This document shows, piece after piece, positions 1 through 12,500 of a DNA stretch of 64,000 nucleotides (position 1 is its first letter; every line of letters starts with the position of its first letter). The stretch is from positions 248,001 through 312,000 of the forward strand of contig LSRY02000052.1 of assembly GCA_001643675.2 (NCBI GenBank). Reading direction: 5' to 3'. This DNA comes from Monocercomonoides exilis PA203. Its lineage: Eukaryota; Protista; Preaxostyla. The position numbers and the translations under genes are program-made. Below the pieces are notes generated by a model. The model searched no databases, was not told the DNA's origin, and was given only the letters and a program-made list of their open reading frames with translations.

Positions 1-3000
1 TCTGTTTGGATGTCTGCTCATCGCTGTGAAATGAAGGGGATGGCACATGAACTGAAGGGGACTTGATTTGAAGTGGATATTGCGGAGAAGAAGAAGAAAC
101 AGAGGAAGAAGAAGAAACAGAAGGAGGAGGAGCAGAAGCAGAAGCAGCGGCGGCGGCAGCAGCAGCTTGTGCAAAGCGAATCTTCTGCTCTTCGATCTGC
201 TTGTGGAGCAGCACATTCGCCGCCCTCACTTCGCTCAGTGCCTTTTCTGCTTCTTTGATTTGAGCAGTCAGTTTTGCTGTTGTCTGCTTCTCAATCTTCT
301 TCTCCTCCCGTGCTGCTGTCAGCTGCATCGCTAGCATCACCACACGCGACTCCGCATCAAACAGACACAGCGACGCCTGCGACAGCCTCTGCTCTTCTCC
401 CCTCTGCATCACGCTCAGCTGCTCCTTCAACCTTTCTGCCTCTTGAGACAGAAGAGCATTCGCCTGCACTGCTTTTGCGTGCTCGTCCTCCCACTTCTCT
501 CTTTCCTGCGCCCGCTGCGCCACCAGCTGCGCAAACCGCTTCTGCTCTTCGCCCAACTTCGCCTCGCGCAGACGCGATGCTTCGACCAGGCGCCTGTTCT
601 CGTTCTGCTTCGCCCGCATGAACTGCATCGCTTTCCCCATCGCCTCCTTCATCGCACGTGCGGCGGCGTCTTTCTTCTCTGACAATACTTTCTCCTTCGC
701 CAGCCGCGCTTCTGTCTCTGCTGCCTGCGCCATTCGCTTGTTGTGGTTCATCTCCACCACCCGCAGCTGCTCCAGGAACTCCTTCTGTGTCTGTGCACTG
801 TATGCCCTCTCGCTTGACAGTTCTTTCTCCACTTCTCCAATCCTCACACACGCTGCATTCCTCTCTCCTTCTGCCTGCCTCAGCTGCTGCTCCAGCTCGT
901 CACAGCGGCGTAGCGCATCTGCCAGTATTTCTCTCTCCTTCTCTCTCTCTCTTTCTCTTTCTGCCTCCTTCTCTGCCTCTTCCTCGATGCCGTGGTATCG
1001 CCCTATGAGCGTCTCCATCCGCTGCTGCCACATCAGCTTCTCTTCTGCAAACGAGTCTCTCTCTTTCTCTGCTGCACTTGCCATCTCCATTGCGTGCTGT
1101 GCCTTCGCTTTCTCAGCCACAATAGCTCCAGATGCTTCGTCCACTTGTGTTTGGAGGGTGGAGACCAGCTGCCGCAGTGAAGACAGCTCTTCTCTGAGTG
1201 CACGGTTACTTTCACAGAAGATGGCGGTGTCGTTCAATTCTGATGATGATGATGATGGATTTATGAGAGAAGAAGAAGAAGAAGAGTTGATTTCTCCTTT
1301 TCCTTCTTCATTTTCTTCATCTTCTTGGTCTTCATCTGCATTTCTATTTGCTTCAATCTTGTTTCTGGTTGATTTCTTCGCCAACTCTTCTTTCAGAATG
1401 CTAATCTCCTTCTCAGCAGCCAATCTCAGTTCCTTCTCATTTTTCAGTTCTTTATTGAGTGCAATGACAGACTGCATCAATGGAGATGAAGAAGAAGATG
1501 TTGAATCATCGTTATTTGATGGAGAAGCAGAAGAAGAAGATGAATTTGAATCCAACTGCAGCGATTCCTGTGTACTCAGCAATTCAGCCAAACCAGCTTC
1601 TTTCAGCTTCAAGTTGACAACCAACAGCTCTGCTTCTCTTTCTTTCTTCATCGCTTCCACATTGTCTGTTAACAAAGCAATCGTCTTCTCCATCTCCTTT
1701 CTCTTCTCTGCCTCTTCCATCACCTCCTTCTCCTTCACCTCCACCAGCGCCTGTGCCTCTCCCAGCCTCACCTCCACTTCTTCCTTTTCTGCCTCTGCCT
1801 TCTTCTCTGCCTCTGCTGCTGCTGTCCACCTCTGCTCCATCACAGCCCTCGCCTCAGACTCCGCCGACAGCTCCTTCATTGCTGACTGATGCCTCTGCGA
1901 GAGCAGCTTGCTGTTCAGCTTGAGCACCTCGCATTCTCCCTCTCTCTCTGCCAGCTGCCTTTTCGCCTCTGCCAGCTCTGCCTCTCTCTCCTGCAGCGTC
2001 GTGTCGCTCGCCAGCTGCGCCATTTTCGACGTGAGCTCTTCGCTCCTCAGAATAAGCACTGCCTCACGTTTGGAGTGTTCTTCCTGGATCTTCTTTGCCT
2101 CTTCAGCCATTTCGGCTTCTCTTTCGCTCAGCTGCTGCTTCACTTTATTCAGCTCTCTTTCCAAGGCACTTGAAGACTCCTCTGCTGATTGCAGTGTCTG
2201 ATTCAGCGCTTGAATGGCTGCCTCGCTGCTTTCAACGAGCGCCTGCAGTTCAGCCTCTCTTTGGCTGCTCTGCTGCACTTTTGCTGAGAGAAGGGCATTC
2301 TCATTGGACAACAGCGTGGCTTTGCTCTCCACTTCTCTCTTGGACGCTGCCAGCTCTGCCACTTCGAGTGTGGCTGGGTGGGCAACAAGCGACGTCTCCA
2401 GCTGTGCTATCTTCAACTGCTGGGCTTGTGATTGCTCTTTCACTTTTTGCAGCTCTTCCTCTGCTTCCTGCTGCGCTTTCACTGCTTTTTCATTCTCTTG
2501 TCTCATTTCCGAGATAATTTGAGTTTTTTCTGTTGTCAATTTGCGTGCCTCTTCTTCTTTTGCCTGCAAAGCATTCTTCAATTCCATCAATTCCTTTCGC
2601 AATGACTCAATTTTGCTGTTCCCGCTAATCTTTTCAGATTCCCATTTCTGCAGATGCTCAATCCACATCTTTCTCTCTTCTTTCAGGCGACTTTTTGTGG
2701 AATCAAGCTCCTTTGACAAGCCGTCAAGTTTTGCTCTGCTTTCAAAAGAGTTATTTCCCATTGTCGTTTCGCCAAGCAGACACTCAGTTGCACATCTCTG
2801 CTTCAATTCTTCGAATGATGCATTGAGTGTCTGATATCGCTTAATTTCTTCGTTGCGCTGTGCTTCAACATTCGCTCTTTTCATGCTTTCTTCATTAGCT
2901 TTCTGTTCGAATTGCGCTATTTGAAGTTGAAGTCGATTCTGATTCTTTTTCAGTTCAGAATTTTCCATATCAACACTTTGACGCGACTTTTGAATAACAG

Positions 3001-3652
3001 TCATTTCTTTCTTAAGGTTTTGTAATTGTTCTTCAAGAAATTTTCTTTGTTCTAATTCAGCTTCAAGATTTTTTGTTATTTCTAAAATTTTTCCTGTTAA
3101 TTTTTCAATGTCCTCAGTCTTCATCTTAAGTTCTGCTTGCATTTTCGACTGCAATTTATTGATAGATGCATCTTCTCTCAGCATATTTGCAGCTGCATTT
3201 GTTTGCAATGAAATAATATCGTTTTGAATACCTTTTTCTTCAACTTGTGGCTTAACGCTTTCAACATGAAATGAAGAAGCATAAGCATCAGTTGGATTTT
3301 CAGATGATGATGAATCATCATGAGTGGCATGGGAATGAGCATGTTTATCTTCTGAAGTTGAAGGAACTTTTATGGAAAAATCAAAATCAGAGATTGACGG
3401 CCAAGATAATAATTCTGATGTCTGGTTATCCTGCTTTGTACGTGAAACAACGACGTCTGATAATTCTTTCGGTGAAATTTTTATCCCGTTTTTCAATAAA
3501 AGAGTTCTGAAATAATCACGTTGATTTATAATTCCCATGACAAGTTTCTCTTGAACGCTTCTGGATTTTTGTATGGAGGCTAATGCCTTATCTCTATCCA
3601 CTACCATTTGGATAAGGCCTTGGACAGTGTCGGCAGTCACTGGATATTCCAT
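1..3652 (-). CDS. TPR/Mlp1-like nuclear basket coiled-coil protein (partial; 3' end runs off the window)
   Basis: ATG at 3652 (MEYPVTADTVQGLIQMVVDRDK...). Frame checked at both ends is consistent with an intronless ORF to base 1; it is absent from the ORF track because it has no stop in the window. Long E/K/Q/A coiled coil. KSRSVQEKLVMGIINQRDYFRTLL resembles the TPR motif [24 protein letters not shown]. Confidence 0.65.
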   Translation of the reverse strand, partial: MEYPVTADTVQGLIQMVVDRDKALASIQKSRSVQEKLVMGIINQRDYFRTLLLKNGIKISPKELSDVVVSRTKQDNQTSELLSWPSISDFDFSIKVPSTSEDKHAHSHATHDDSSSSENPTDAYASSFHVESVKPQVEEKGIQNDIISLQTNAAANMLREDASINKLQSKMQAELKMKTEDIEKLTGKILEITKNLEAELEQRKFLEEQLQNLKKEMTVIQKSRQSVDMENSELKKNQNRLQLQIAQFEQKANEESMKRANVEAQRNEEIKRYQTLNASFEELKQRCATECLLGETTMGNNSFESRAKLDGLSKELDSTKSRLKEERKMWIEHLQKWESEKISGNSKIESLRKELMELKNALQAKEEEARKLTTEKTQIISEMRQENEKAVKAQQEAEEELQKVKEQSQAQQLKIAQLETSLVAHPATLEVAELAASKREVESKATLLSNENALLSAKVQQSSQREAELQALVESSEAAIQALNQTLQSAEESSSALERELNKVKQQLSEREAEMAEEAKKIQEEHSKREAVLILRSEELTSKMAQLASDTTLQEREAELAEAKRQLAEREGECEVLKLNSKLLSQRHQSAMKELSAESEARAVMEQRWTAAAEAEKKAEAEKEEVEVRLGEAQALVEVKEKEVMEEAEKRKEMEKTIALLTDNVEAMKKEREAELLVVNLKLKEAGLAELLSTQESLQLDSNSSSSSASPSNNDDSTSSSSSPLMQSVIALNKELKNEKELRLAAEKEISILKEELAKKSTRNKIEANRNADEDQEDEENEEGKGEINSSSSSSLINPSSSSSELNDTAIFCESNRALREELSSLRQLVSTLQTQVDEASGAIVAEKAKAQHAMEMASAAEKERDSFAEEKLMWQQRMETLIGRYHGIEEEAEKEAEREREREKEREILADALRRCDELEQQLRQAEGERNAACVRIGEVEKELSSERAYSAQTQKEFLEQLRVVEMNHNKRMAQAAETEARLAKEKVLSEKKDAAARAMKEAMGKAMQFMRAKQNENRRLVEASRLREAKLGEEQKRFAQLVAQRAQEREKWEDEHAKAVQANALLSQEAERLKEQLSVMQRGEEQRLSQASLCLFDAESRVVMLAMQLTAAREEKKIEKQTTAKLTAQIKEAEKALSEVRAANVLLHKQIEEQKIRFAQAAAAAAAASASAPPPSVSSSSSVSSSSPQYPLQIKSPSVHVPSPSFHSDEQTSKQ

Positions 3653-3741
3653 ATATTTATAAATTGCGATGATCTGCAAATAATACTTTGTATTGAAAAA
3701 ATGAGTTTGCCATAATTATGATTATTATTTTTATTTGAGAA

Positions 3742-5544
3742 ATGTCAGGTTGCCTCAATTTTCGTTATCTATTTTTGCAATTATTTTTAATTTATTCTTT
3801 ATCAAAATCAATTCTTGACAAATAACATTACATTGCATTAAATTTCAAGATGCACCTGACGTTTGTCTTTTTTTATTTTTTATTTATTTAAAATATCAAA
3901 ACGATAATTTTTTTATTAATACAGCATTCAACAACACAACATGAAACAGGACAGGAACTTGGTTTGATTATTTCCGTTATTTTTTCAAAAATAAACAATA
4001 ATTTGATTTTTTAATTATTGTTTTGACAGGAAAAATTCCAATGATTGCTTACCATTTTGAAGATAGACAATATCTCGACGTAATGTCAGATTTATATTTA
4101 TCGATAACAGGAATAGAAAAACCGCAAGATGAATCAATAGAGAGTCTGAAGACGATTAATGGATTGGAAGGAAAAGAAGTGTGTAGCTGTTGGATCCTTT
4201 TCACAGAAATCACTTTTTTTTTAAATACATTTTTAAGGCTCTTGTTACAGTTCGATTTAAAAAGCAAACAGCGGATAAATTAAGACAGTTTTGTAGATTC
4301 TTATGTATTCCGCATACAGGAACAAAAGATGAAGTGATTACTCGTCTTCTTTCATTCCTCAAAGCTCCAAAAGACATGGAAAAGGTTGTCTTTGATTTTT
4401 ATATGAATGCAATGTTTTTTTAAAACGTTTAAAAACTATTAGACAGCAAAAAGACGAATTCAGACAGATTCATCACTTCAACCGATAAGTTCAAATGAAA
4501 AGAAGCGCAGGCAGGTATCTCAGACTCCACAAGCCGAAGAAGGCGCAGAAAAAGGAGCCGAAGAGAAGAAGAAAAAGAAGGCAGTTCCAAAAGACCCCAA
4601 CGCACCCAAACGATTCTCAGCTGCATATCTCCACTTCTTCAAAGCAAAGAGAAACGAAGTGTGAAATTTTTTTGCACTCACTCCAAATGTTACGATAAAT
4701 AATTTATTTTTTTGTTCTTTTCTGATTGGACTGTTGATTGATTGGCTGTTTTACTTGTTATTCAAATGTAATGCAACTCTTACAGATACAAAAAAGCATG
4801 GAAGATGCAATGCCAGGCACCACACCATCCAACCAGGAAGTGACAAAGAGAGCAGCAGATCTGTGGAGTTCGCTGACAGATGCAGAAAAGGAGCCATATG
4901 TGAAGATGTCTGAAGAGGAGAGGCAAGAGTACTATAAGAAATACGATGAATATGTGAAGAGCGGGAAGAAAGCAGAGTGGGATGCGAAAGTGGAGGCTGA
5001 AGGTGCGACAGTAAAGGAAAGCAAGAAGACAAAAAGGAAAGACGGATCCAAAAGCGCTTCTTCTTCTTCAGCTTCATCTTCATCGTCATCTTCATCAAAA
5101 GATGCATCGGGTAAAGTCAGCCATAAAGGTCCAGCTAAAATACCTCCACCAACAGCTGCTCAACTTGCTGCTAAGATTGGCCAAATTTTCGATCAGGTGT
5201 GCTGCAATTATTATATTTATTTTTTTGAAGTTTTGAATGCTTTTTAATTAATTAATTGCTTATATTCAAAATAAATTCTCAATCTTCTCATTTCTTCTTC
5301 TAAATAATAATAACAATAATAATTATTTTTTTTTAAACACACAAAAAAATTGTTATTACAGCTCGAAGACAACTCTGAAGTGTCACTCAAGTCGCTTCGC
5401 ATTCAGCTGGAGAAGTTTTTCAATGTGCCTCTGCACGAACAGCGCGATGTCATCACCCGAATTGTAATCGATCTCACTTCACCAAACGACGAAAATGACG
5501 AGCCAAAAGAACAGACAGAGAACATCACACAGAAACTCTCTTGA
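3742..5544 (+). CDS. DEK-family chromatin protein with SAP, HMG-box and DEK-C domains (multi-exon)
   Basis: Spliced model MSDAPD|HSTTQHETGQELG|KIPMIAYHF... SAP-like LRQFCRFLCIPHTGTKDEVITRLLSFL. HMG box KDPNAPKRFSAAYLHFF...AADLWSSLTDAEKEPYVKMSEEERQEY. DEK-C PPTAAQLAAKIGQIF...VSLKSLRIQLEKFFNVPL. Confidence 0.8.
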
Positions 5545-5899
5545 ACTTCTTTTCGGTCTCATTGATATTTTTTTTATAACCATTTCACACACGCGTGCTT
5601 CAGCGGTTGTATATTTTCTTTTTTTCTTTTTCTTTTTCTTTTTTCTATTTTTTTTCATTTTTCGGTTTTGATGATTGCGCTATTTCTTCCATAATTAGTT
5701 TAGAAGAATAATTGTGGGGATGTACATGTCAATTTGAGGATAGCCTTTCAACAACAAACAAACAAAAAATAATAATTTGTAAAATATTATTTCAATTTTA
5801 TTTATTCCTTTTAAAAAGGGTTTAATAACAACAATTACACGAATAGAAAACAAAACAGAAAAAAAAAATTCTTAAAAAAACCAATCTCAATCATTTTCA

Positions 5900-8800
5900 T
5901 CAGACATCTGCCGCCTCTCTCATTCTGTCCGCCATTCTTCTTATTCTATCGAGTTCTTTCAGCTGAAGCTGGCTGAGTGACGACGGTGAGGAAGAAGCGA
6001 AGGAGGAGCTCTGTGGCATAGTCAGGGGAGACTGCTGAAGTGGGTGAGTGACACCAGGAAGATACGTTTGAAGTGGTGAGGTGAGCAGCGAAGTGGGGTA
6101 TGTGGCTGGCTTGGCCATGACAGAGGCGCCCTGGAAGATCGGGTTGAAGATGTTATCTCCAAGCACAAGTGAAGAATTTGGGGAGGAAAGTGAAGAGCGA
6201 CCAAGAGATGAGATGGTTGGGCGTGCAGAGGGCAAACAAGGGACAGTGTTGAGTGAAGGAGGAGGGATGAATGAGAAACCAGCGGAGGAAGGGTTGCGGG
6301 AAGATGATGCGCCGAATGCGGAGTTGGAGCGGGTGAACATGTCGTGCGGCTTGTTCTGCCCGTAGATTGGCTGATGGATCAGAGAATGGCCGTTGGAAGT
6401 GCCAATGTCGAGTAAGTTTAGATTCTTGTTCGTACACTGAGAATGGCACAGAGAAGAAGAGGCATACAGAGGAGACGATTTTGACATTGGATTTCTTCTA
6501 CGTCTTTTCTCAGAGCCAGATGTGCCAGGCGTGCCAGATGAAATGGAGATTAAGGAATACGCAGGATTATCAGCAGGGTCATAGACAAGCTCAGGCTTTT
6601 CCTCGTCCAGATGCGACAAGAAAAGGCTATTTGCTTTGGGTTTGTTGATGTCGCTCTGCCTCAGCCGCACTCCTGCACTGGCAGTGAATCGAATCTCCTT
6701 CAGCGCTTCTTTCCTTCCTGTGGGTGTTGTCCATTCAACATCCACCACTCTTGCTAGGCTTTTAAGATCAATCCCGTTTTCGTTCCCAGACGACGCAAAT
6801 GTCCCTCTCTCCACTTCTTTCCCTGTTTGAAGAGCTTCAAAAGCAGCATCCCGCTGATTCATAGCTTCTTCTTCGTCTTCTTGTTCTTGCATCTGTTCCT
6901 CTTTTTCTCTTTCATCTCTGCTTTTTTCCTTCTCTTTCTCTCCAACCACATCAAGCTCCAGATCTGCAACATGATTTGTGCTTTGTGCATTAGCATCACT
7001 AATTGCTTCGTTTGAACTTTCTTTTTTCGCTTCGACTTCTTTCTTTGCTTCTTCTTCTGCTGCTACTTTCATCATTTCGCGATGCAAACGGCTGATCTGC
7101 TCGACTGTGTCAATTGTCATCAATCCTTTCTTCTTCAGTCTTTCTATCAACATTGCAAGTTCCTCTTCTTTCTTTGACATCTGCGATCCTTTTGCAAAAT
7201 GCTGCATCCTGTTTCTTTTGCCATACATTCTGTTGAGTCTGTTTCTGACATCTTCCTCTCCTTCTCTGACTCGTATTATGCGTGTCAATTGGCTGTCTGT
7301 GTGTCTTTTCTCCAGTGCTGCATTGATGTATGCCCCGTCGCACACATGCTCCACATAGTCACTTGCAGAATACCCATTCGTCCATCTGTCATCCAGTGTG
7401 GCTGAGAAGAGTGAATAGAACATGGTTATCGGGTCTGCAATGCCACCCATGATGGGAGGGGCTGCTCGGATGGGAAGTTTCAGAGAGCCACAGAGCGGGA
7501 AAGAGGAGGAGAATGCATGTGAGGGAGAGATAAATGACCTGGCTGTTTGAGATGAAGATCCACGTAAGACAGTTGAAAGAGATGTTGACTGTGAAAACAA
7601 TGCTGAATTGATTGGGATCAATCCTGCGATTCGTTGGAGCAGTTGTGGAAGCTGCCTCGGCTGCACAGACGATACAGCAGCAGCATTTTGCTCACTCTCG
7701 TTTTTGTTGGTATCGTCAGCCATCATCAGCTCATCATTCTCATCAGACTCATTCAAAACCCTCCAGTTCTCCCGCTCTGCAGCGACCATCCCTTTCGCAA
7801 TACCTTCGGTCATCCAGTTGACAGTGCTGTCTTCTTCATCCCAGCTGTCCAAGTACGACGAAAGAGAATGAGGAAGAAGGGCAGCATCTCCTGTCAATAG
7901 TGTCGGATTCCCTTTCTCTTTATCTCCATCTCTAAACGCCTTCAACCTTTCCTTCCGCGAGAAGCTGAAGCCAGCTGCATTCAAAGCGATCGACGCAAGA
8001 TGTGGATGCACAATCACCGAAGGCACAATAGCCGAAAGCAGCGCAAGCGATGGTGCAGGCTCTCCGCGGGAGTTCCCCACAACCAGACAGCTCACTGCAC
8101 TGGAGCGCAGCCCATGCAGCGAGGATGCCCTGTCGCGGATGTGCTGATAAGGGTTCATCGCAGCAAAGGCAGATGAAGAGGCTGCAGAAGGAGTGAAGGC
8201 AAAACCAGAGGCAACAGACGCTGCAGTGACACACGACGTGATCGTGTCAGGCGGCTGGATGATGCTTCCAACTGCCACTTTCCCAGACTCCGATGCTGCC
8301 ATAGCCTCGCGCGCCATGATCCTCATCTTCTCTTCGCGGTCAAACAGCTTCAGCACATTCATCTGCCGCACAAACACATCCATCTCTGAAAACACATTCT
8401 GCCCAGCCATAAACCTGTCGATCAGCCCGTCGCCTGGCCGGGTTCTGCTCCAGAACTTCGTGTTTTTGTCTTCCGACGCCGTGGCCAGCGAGTTGCCGAG
8501 CGGGTGCCAGCACATGTCGGTGATCCCTCTGTCGTGTGCAGTGACTGTCTCAATCGCATCTGGCGTGTCGCTTAAATAGTACCGCAGCATCCCTTCGGTT
8601 GTCCCTTCCACAAACAGCTTCTCCTCAAATGGATGCCAGCGGATCTTCTGTGTGGTCTGCTCGTACGTCTGCCACATGTTCACTGCTCCGCGCTTTTTGC
8701 CAGCTCCAAACAAGGAATCGCTTGCTCCAGCGTCGCGCATAAACCGGACATCCCACATTTTTATTGTCTCGTCTCTGCCATACGACAGTAGATGTGTTCC

Positions 8801-9814
8801 ATTCACAGGATTGAACGTGACCCCAGAGACTTCTTCGCGATGAGCATTGATGGTCTTCACACATGCTGCGTCATCTTTCATTCGCACATCCCACAGTTTC
8901 ATTGTTCCATCACCACTACCAGACACCAGCACACCAAGCGATGGATGCCAATCAATTCCTTTCACTCTTGCATCGTGCCCTTTCAGCGTTCGTGCATCTC
9001 TTTCACGGCCAAGCGGGCACACTTTAATGTACATATCATCAGAGCATGTAGCTAAGAAGCTGTCAGTTGGAGACAAGCAAAGGCCACGAACTGGGTGAGA
9101 ATGGGCAGTCCACTTCCATTCTGGATTCAATGTGCAAGTTCTCATTTGCACATCTCCTTTATGGGAACCTATCATTAAAAACTCGTTGTTGTGAGTCCAT
9201 GTCATTGTCGTAATAGCTGTTGTATCTACTGTAACTACAGAACCAAATTGATAAGTCATTCCATTCCAAATTGTGACGTATCCAACAGAATTTCCAGTAA
9301 AAACATGTCGTGCATCAGGCGTCCACTGATTAAAAGCAAAGAATGATAAAAAATTAAAGAAATAACACATAATAAAACGAATTGAGTGATTTTTATTGTT
9401 GTTAAAGAAATGAAATGAATAATTGAAAGCAAACAGTGACAGCTCCAAGTGGAAGAGCTTCATTATTTGTTGATGTATGAACAAATCTAGTGCATGCATT
9501 GCTAGCTGGCTTGTGCTCATAAAAAGGGGGTAAAGAGATCTTTTGAAATCGAATGATTATCGAAAATATTAAATTGAAAAGATAAAAAAAGTAATTGCAA
9601 ACATTTCTTGATTCACTTGATGATGGATCAAATGGAGGTTTATCATAAAATCTTGGGAAATATATGCGATTCTGAAAAAACATTTGACGAGTAAAGTGGA
9701 AAGAGAATAACAAACTTCAATTGTTCGCACAAGCGAGGAATGAAAATCTATAGTACGCTTTTGTAAACGCTTCTTTGGAGGCATGTCTATCCTTTCAGTT
9801 CGTGATCTCATCAT
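5900..9814 (-). CDS. WDR33: pre-mRNA 3'-end processing WD40 protein WDR33/Pfs2/FY with long C-terminal extension
   Basis: KKRLQKRTIDF; NACTRFVHTSTN; WTPDARH; WD40 repeats (LKGHDARVKGIDWHP, WHPLGNSLATASEDKNTKFWSRTRPGD). Three 5' introns. Confidence 0.9.
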
Positions 9815-10086
9815 TTTTGAAAACCTTCACCAAGGAATCAAAATAAAAAGTTATCTGAAAAAATGCAACCATAATTAATTGATTAACATTTGCATTTTTA
9901 TACGATTCATTTAAACAGTCAACATCCTGTTGTTAATAAATATATTCAGCTTTGTCTTCGCAATTTTTTTGAAAAAGAAAAAAACAGATAAATTGATGTT
10001 ACGAGATGTTTGATTTTTATCTTTGAATAACTTACTTTAAAAAATTTATTATAAATATAAAAAAATTAGCTTGAATCTGTTTTCAT

Positions 10087-12387
10087 TCATTTTCGAGAAT
10101 CCTTGTTGCCTGCATCAGGCAATTCATTGTCTGCGCTGTGGCCACGGCTTCTGTGCTTTTTCTCTTCTCTTCCTCTTTTGGATTTTGCAAGCTCATCTTT
10201 TGAATTGCTTGTTTTTCCCTTATTATCCCTTTTATGCTCATCATCAGAAAGTGAAGTGGACGAAGAGGAAGAAGAAGAGCTGCGATCAGAAGAAGGAGAA
10301 CGAGAACGAGAAGAAGAAGAAGAAGATGATGATTCAGACTCACTTCTTCTTCTTCTATCCTTTCTGCCTCTGCTGTGACGGTGATGATGATTGCTATGAT
10401 GCCTCTCATTTTTAACTGATGTTTTTCCATCTTCTCCTGTCTTCACATTGGAAGAACTCGAAGATTTACCTTCTTCTTTTGTTTCAGTGCAATTTTTCTC
10501 TGTTGGCTGGGTTTCCTCAATTAATGCGATTTTCCCTGTTTCTCCTTGCACTGCCTTTTGCTCTTTTTCTTTTTCTTTTTCTTTCTCCTTCTTCTCTTTC
10601 TCTTTCTCCTTTTCCTTCTCTTTCTCTTTCGCATCTTCTTTCTTTGAGCTCACATCTGTTTCCTTTTTATGCCCGTCTTTCTCTTTCCCTTGCTCAGAAT
10701 GATGACTACTGCCACTTCCTTCTGCCTCTGTTTGCTTTGATGTCTTCTTTTCCTCTGCTTTTTCAGTCGAAGCTGCTTTCCCTTCTTCTTTTGTATCATC
10801 TCGCACTGTAATCTTCCACTCCTCTTTCTTCGCTTCCCCTTTCTCTCTGTACCCCCTCTTCTGCGCATCTGCTCCTTTTCTTTCTCTTTCTCTTTCCCTG
10901 TCTCTTTCCCTGTCCCTATCTCTGTCTCTATCTCTATCGTGTCTTCTGTCTCTTTTTCTGCTGTCGCTTCTGCTCCGACTTCTCCTCCTCCTTCTTCTGT
11001 CTCTTGCGTGTCTGTCATCCCGACTTCTGCTGCGTTTGTGTCCTCTGCTTCTGCTTCTGCTTCTGCTTCTTGTCCTGCTTCTGCTGTGTCTTCTTCTCCT
11101 TCTGTGTCTCTTTGAACGATCTGATTCTTCTTCTGATGAAGACGAATCATTTGAGCTGTCACTTGAAGATGGAGATGAAGAAGAATGTCCTCCTTTCCTC
11201 TTCTTTTGTGCTTCTTTCACTTTTCTTTCCGCTGAAATTGTAAACATCAGATGCATATTGACAGTTGTGATTTCACAGGAAATAATATCAAACACAATTT
11301 GAATGAATTAAAACAATGAAGAAAAAAATGACAAAAAGATAAATGAAAAAAATCTTATCTTCCTGAAAAAAAAAGGATCATGGTCACAAATTAAAGCTCA
11401 CAGAAATCCAATAACATATTGACAACACTCAACTCAACTCTTGAAATACCATCAATCAATGCGAGCTTCTCCATAAGCGTAGCCTTAACGGTTTCAAAAG
11501 TGCTTTCAGTATTATAAACGCTCTGCAGCCCAGTAAGAGATGATGTAGTAGTGCTAAAAGCAGACGTAAGAGACGCGACAGATGCAGGAATAGCTGCAAC
11601 TTCTGGTGGCTTGACAGGAGGAGTAGGCTTGCTCGATGAAAGAGTTAACATTTGCGGAGAAGGTCTCAAATTTGGAGGAGGACCTTTGGCTCGCCCAACT
11701 TTCAGCATCATTCCCATAAACGTAGTCCCATTCATCAAAAGTCCCTTTTCTGCATCTTCAACAGAGAAGAATTCAATGAATCCATATCGAAATGGTTGTG
11801 AACTGTCACCTAGAATTCGCACATCCTTCACCGGACCGCAAACGGTAAAGTGCTGTTTAAGCTGTTCTGGCGTTGCAATGCTATTTATTTGATTAACATA
11901 AATGCTTCGACTTGGCTGCTCCGAGGCAGTTGGAATTGCAGCTATTCCAGGAGTGGGTAAAACACCTGATCCGATTGTTGGCATTGGAGTAAGAGGGAAT
12001 TGCATTGGCTTTGGTGGTCCATACTGTGCAACGTGAAGAGGATGACCCAGCAATTCTTCGCCATTCATTGCTGAAGCTTCTGCAGCCTTGAAAAAAAGAT
12101 GCTGTTTATTTCAAAAAAATTACTAATTGCAAACTGATTTGCTTGACTCAAAATCGATCATGCACATCAGAAGACCATTTGACGGATCTCTAATAATATT
12201 TTTTTGAAATGTATTTTGTTAATAAACAAGATTCACACGGAAATACGCGAGTATCGAGTATTTTTCCAAAAGTCGAAAATAGCTCGACTATTTGCTGAAT
12301 CTGAAAAGAAGGGTCAATATTTGCTACATAAATTGATTTTTTTCCACTTTCTGTTTCAATGTCATTTTGCTGAAATGCAAAAGACAT
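10087..12387 (-). CDS. SR-related splicing factor: two RRMs plus RS and E/K-rich tail (SREK1/SRSF11-like)
   Basis: RRM1 SIYVANIDP...; RRM2 SIYVNQI...RYGFIEF; RSRSRS repeats in the last exon; GT-AG introns keep the frame. Confidence 0.75.
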
Positions 12388-12500
12388 TGGTGCAAAAAAA
12401 ATGTTAAATTATTTTTGATCTAACGCAAAATTATTCTTTAAAAATTTGAACATTAACCACTGAAATAAAAATGTTTAATTAATAAAGTAATAAGTCATTT

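Noticed and set aside
618-2834. Long Ser/Phe/Leu-rich + strand ORFs
   Set aside because: Antisense shadows of the E/K-rich TPR-like gene on the - strand.
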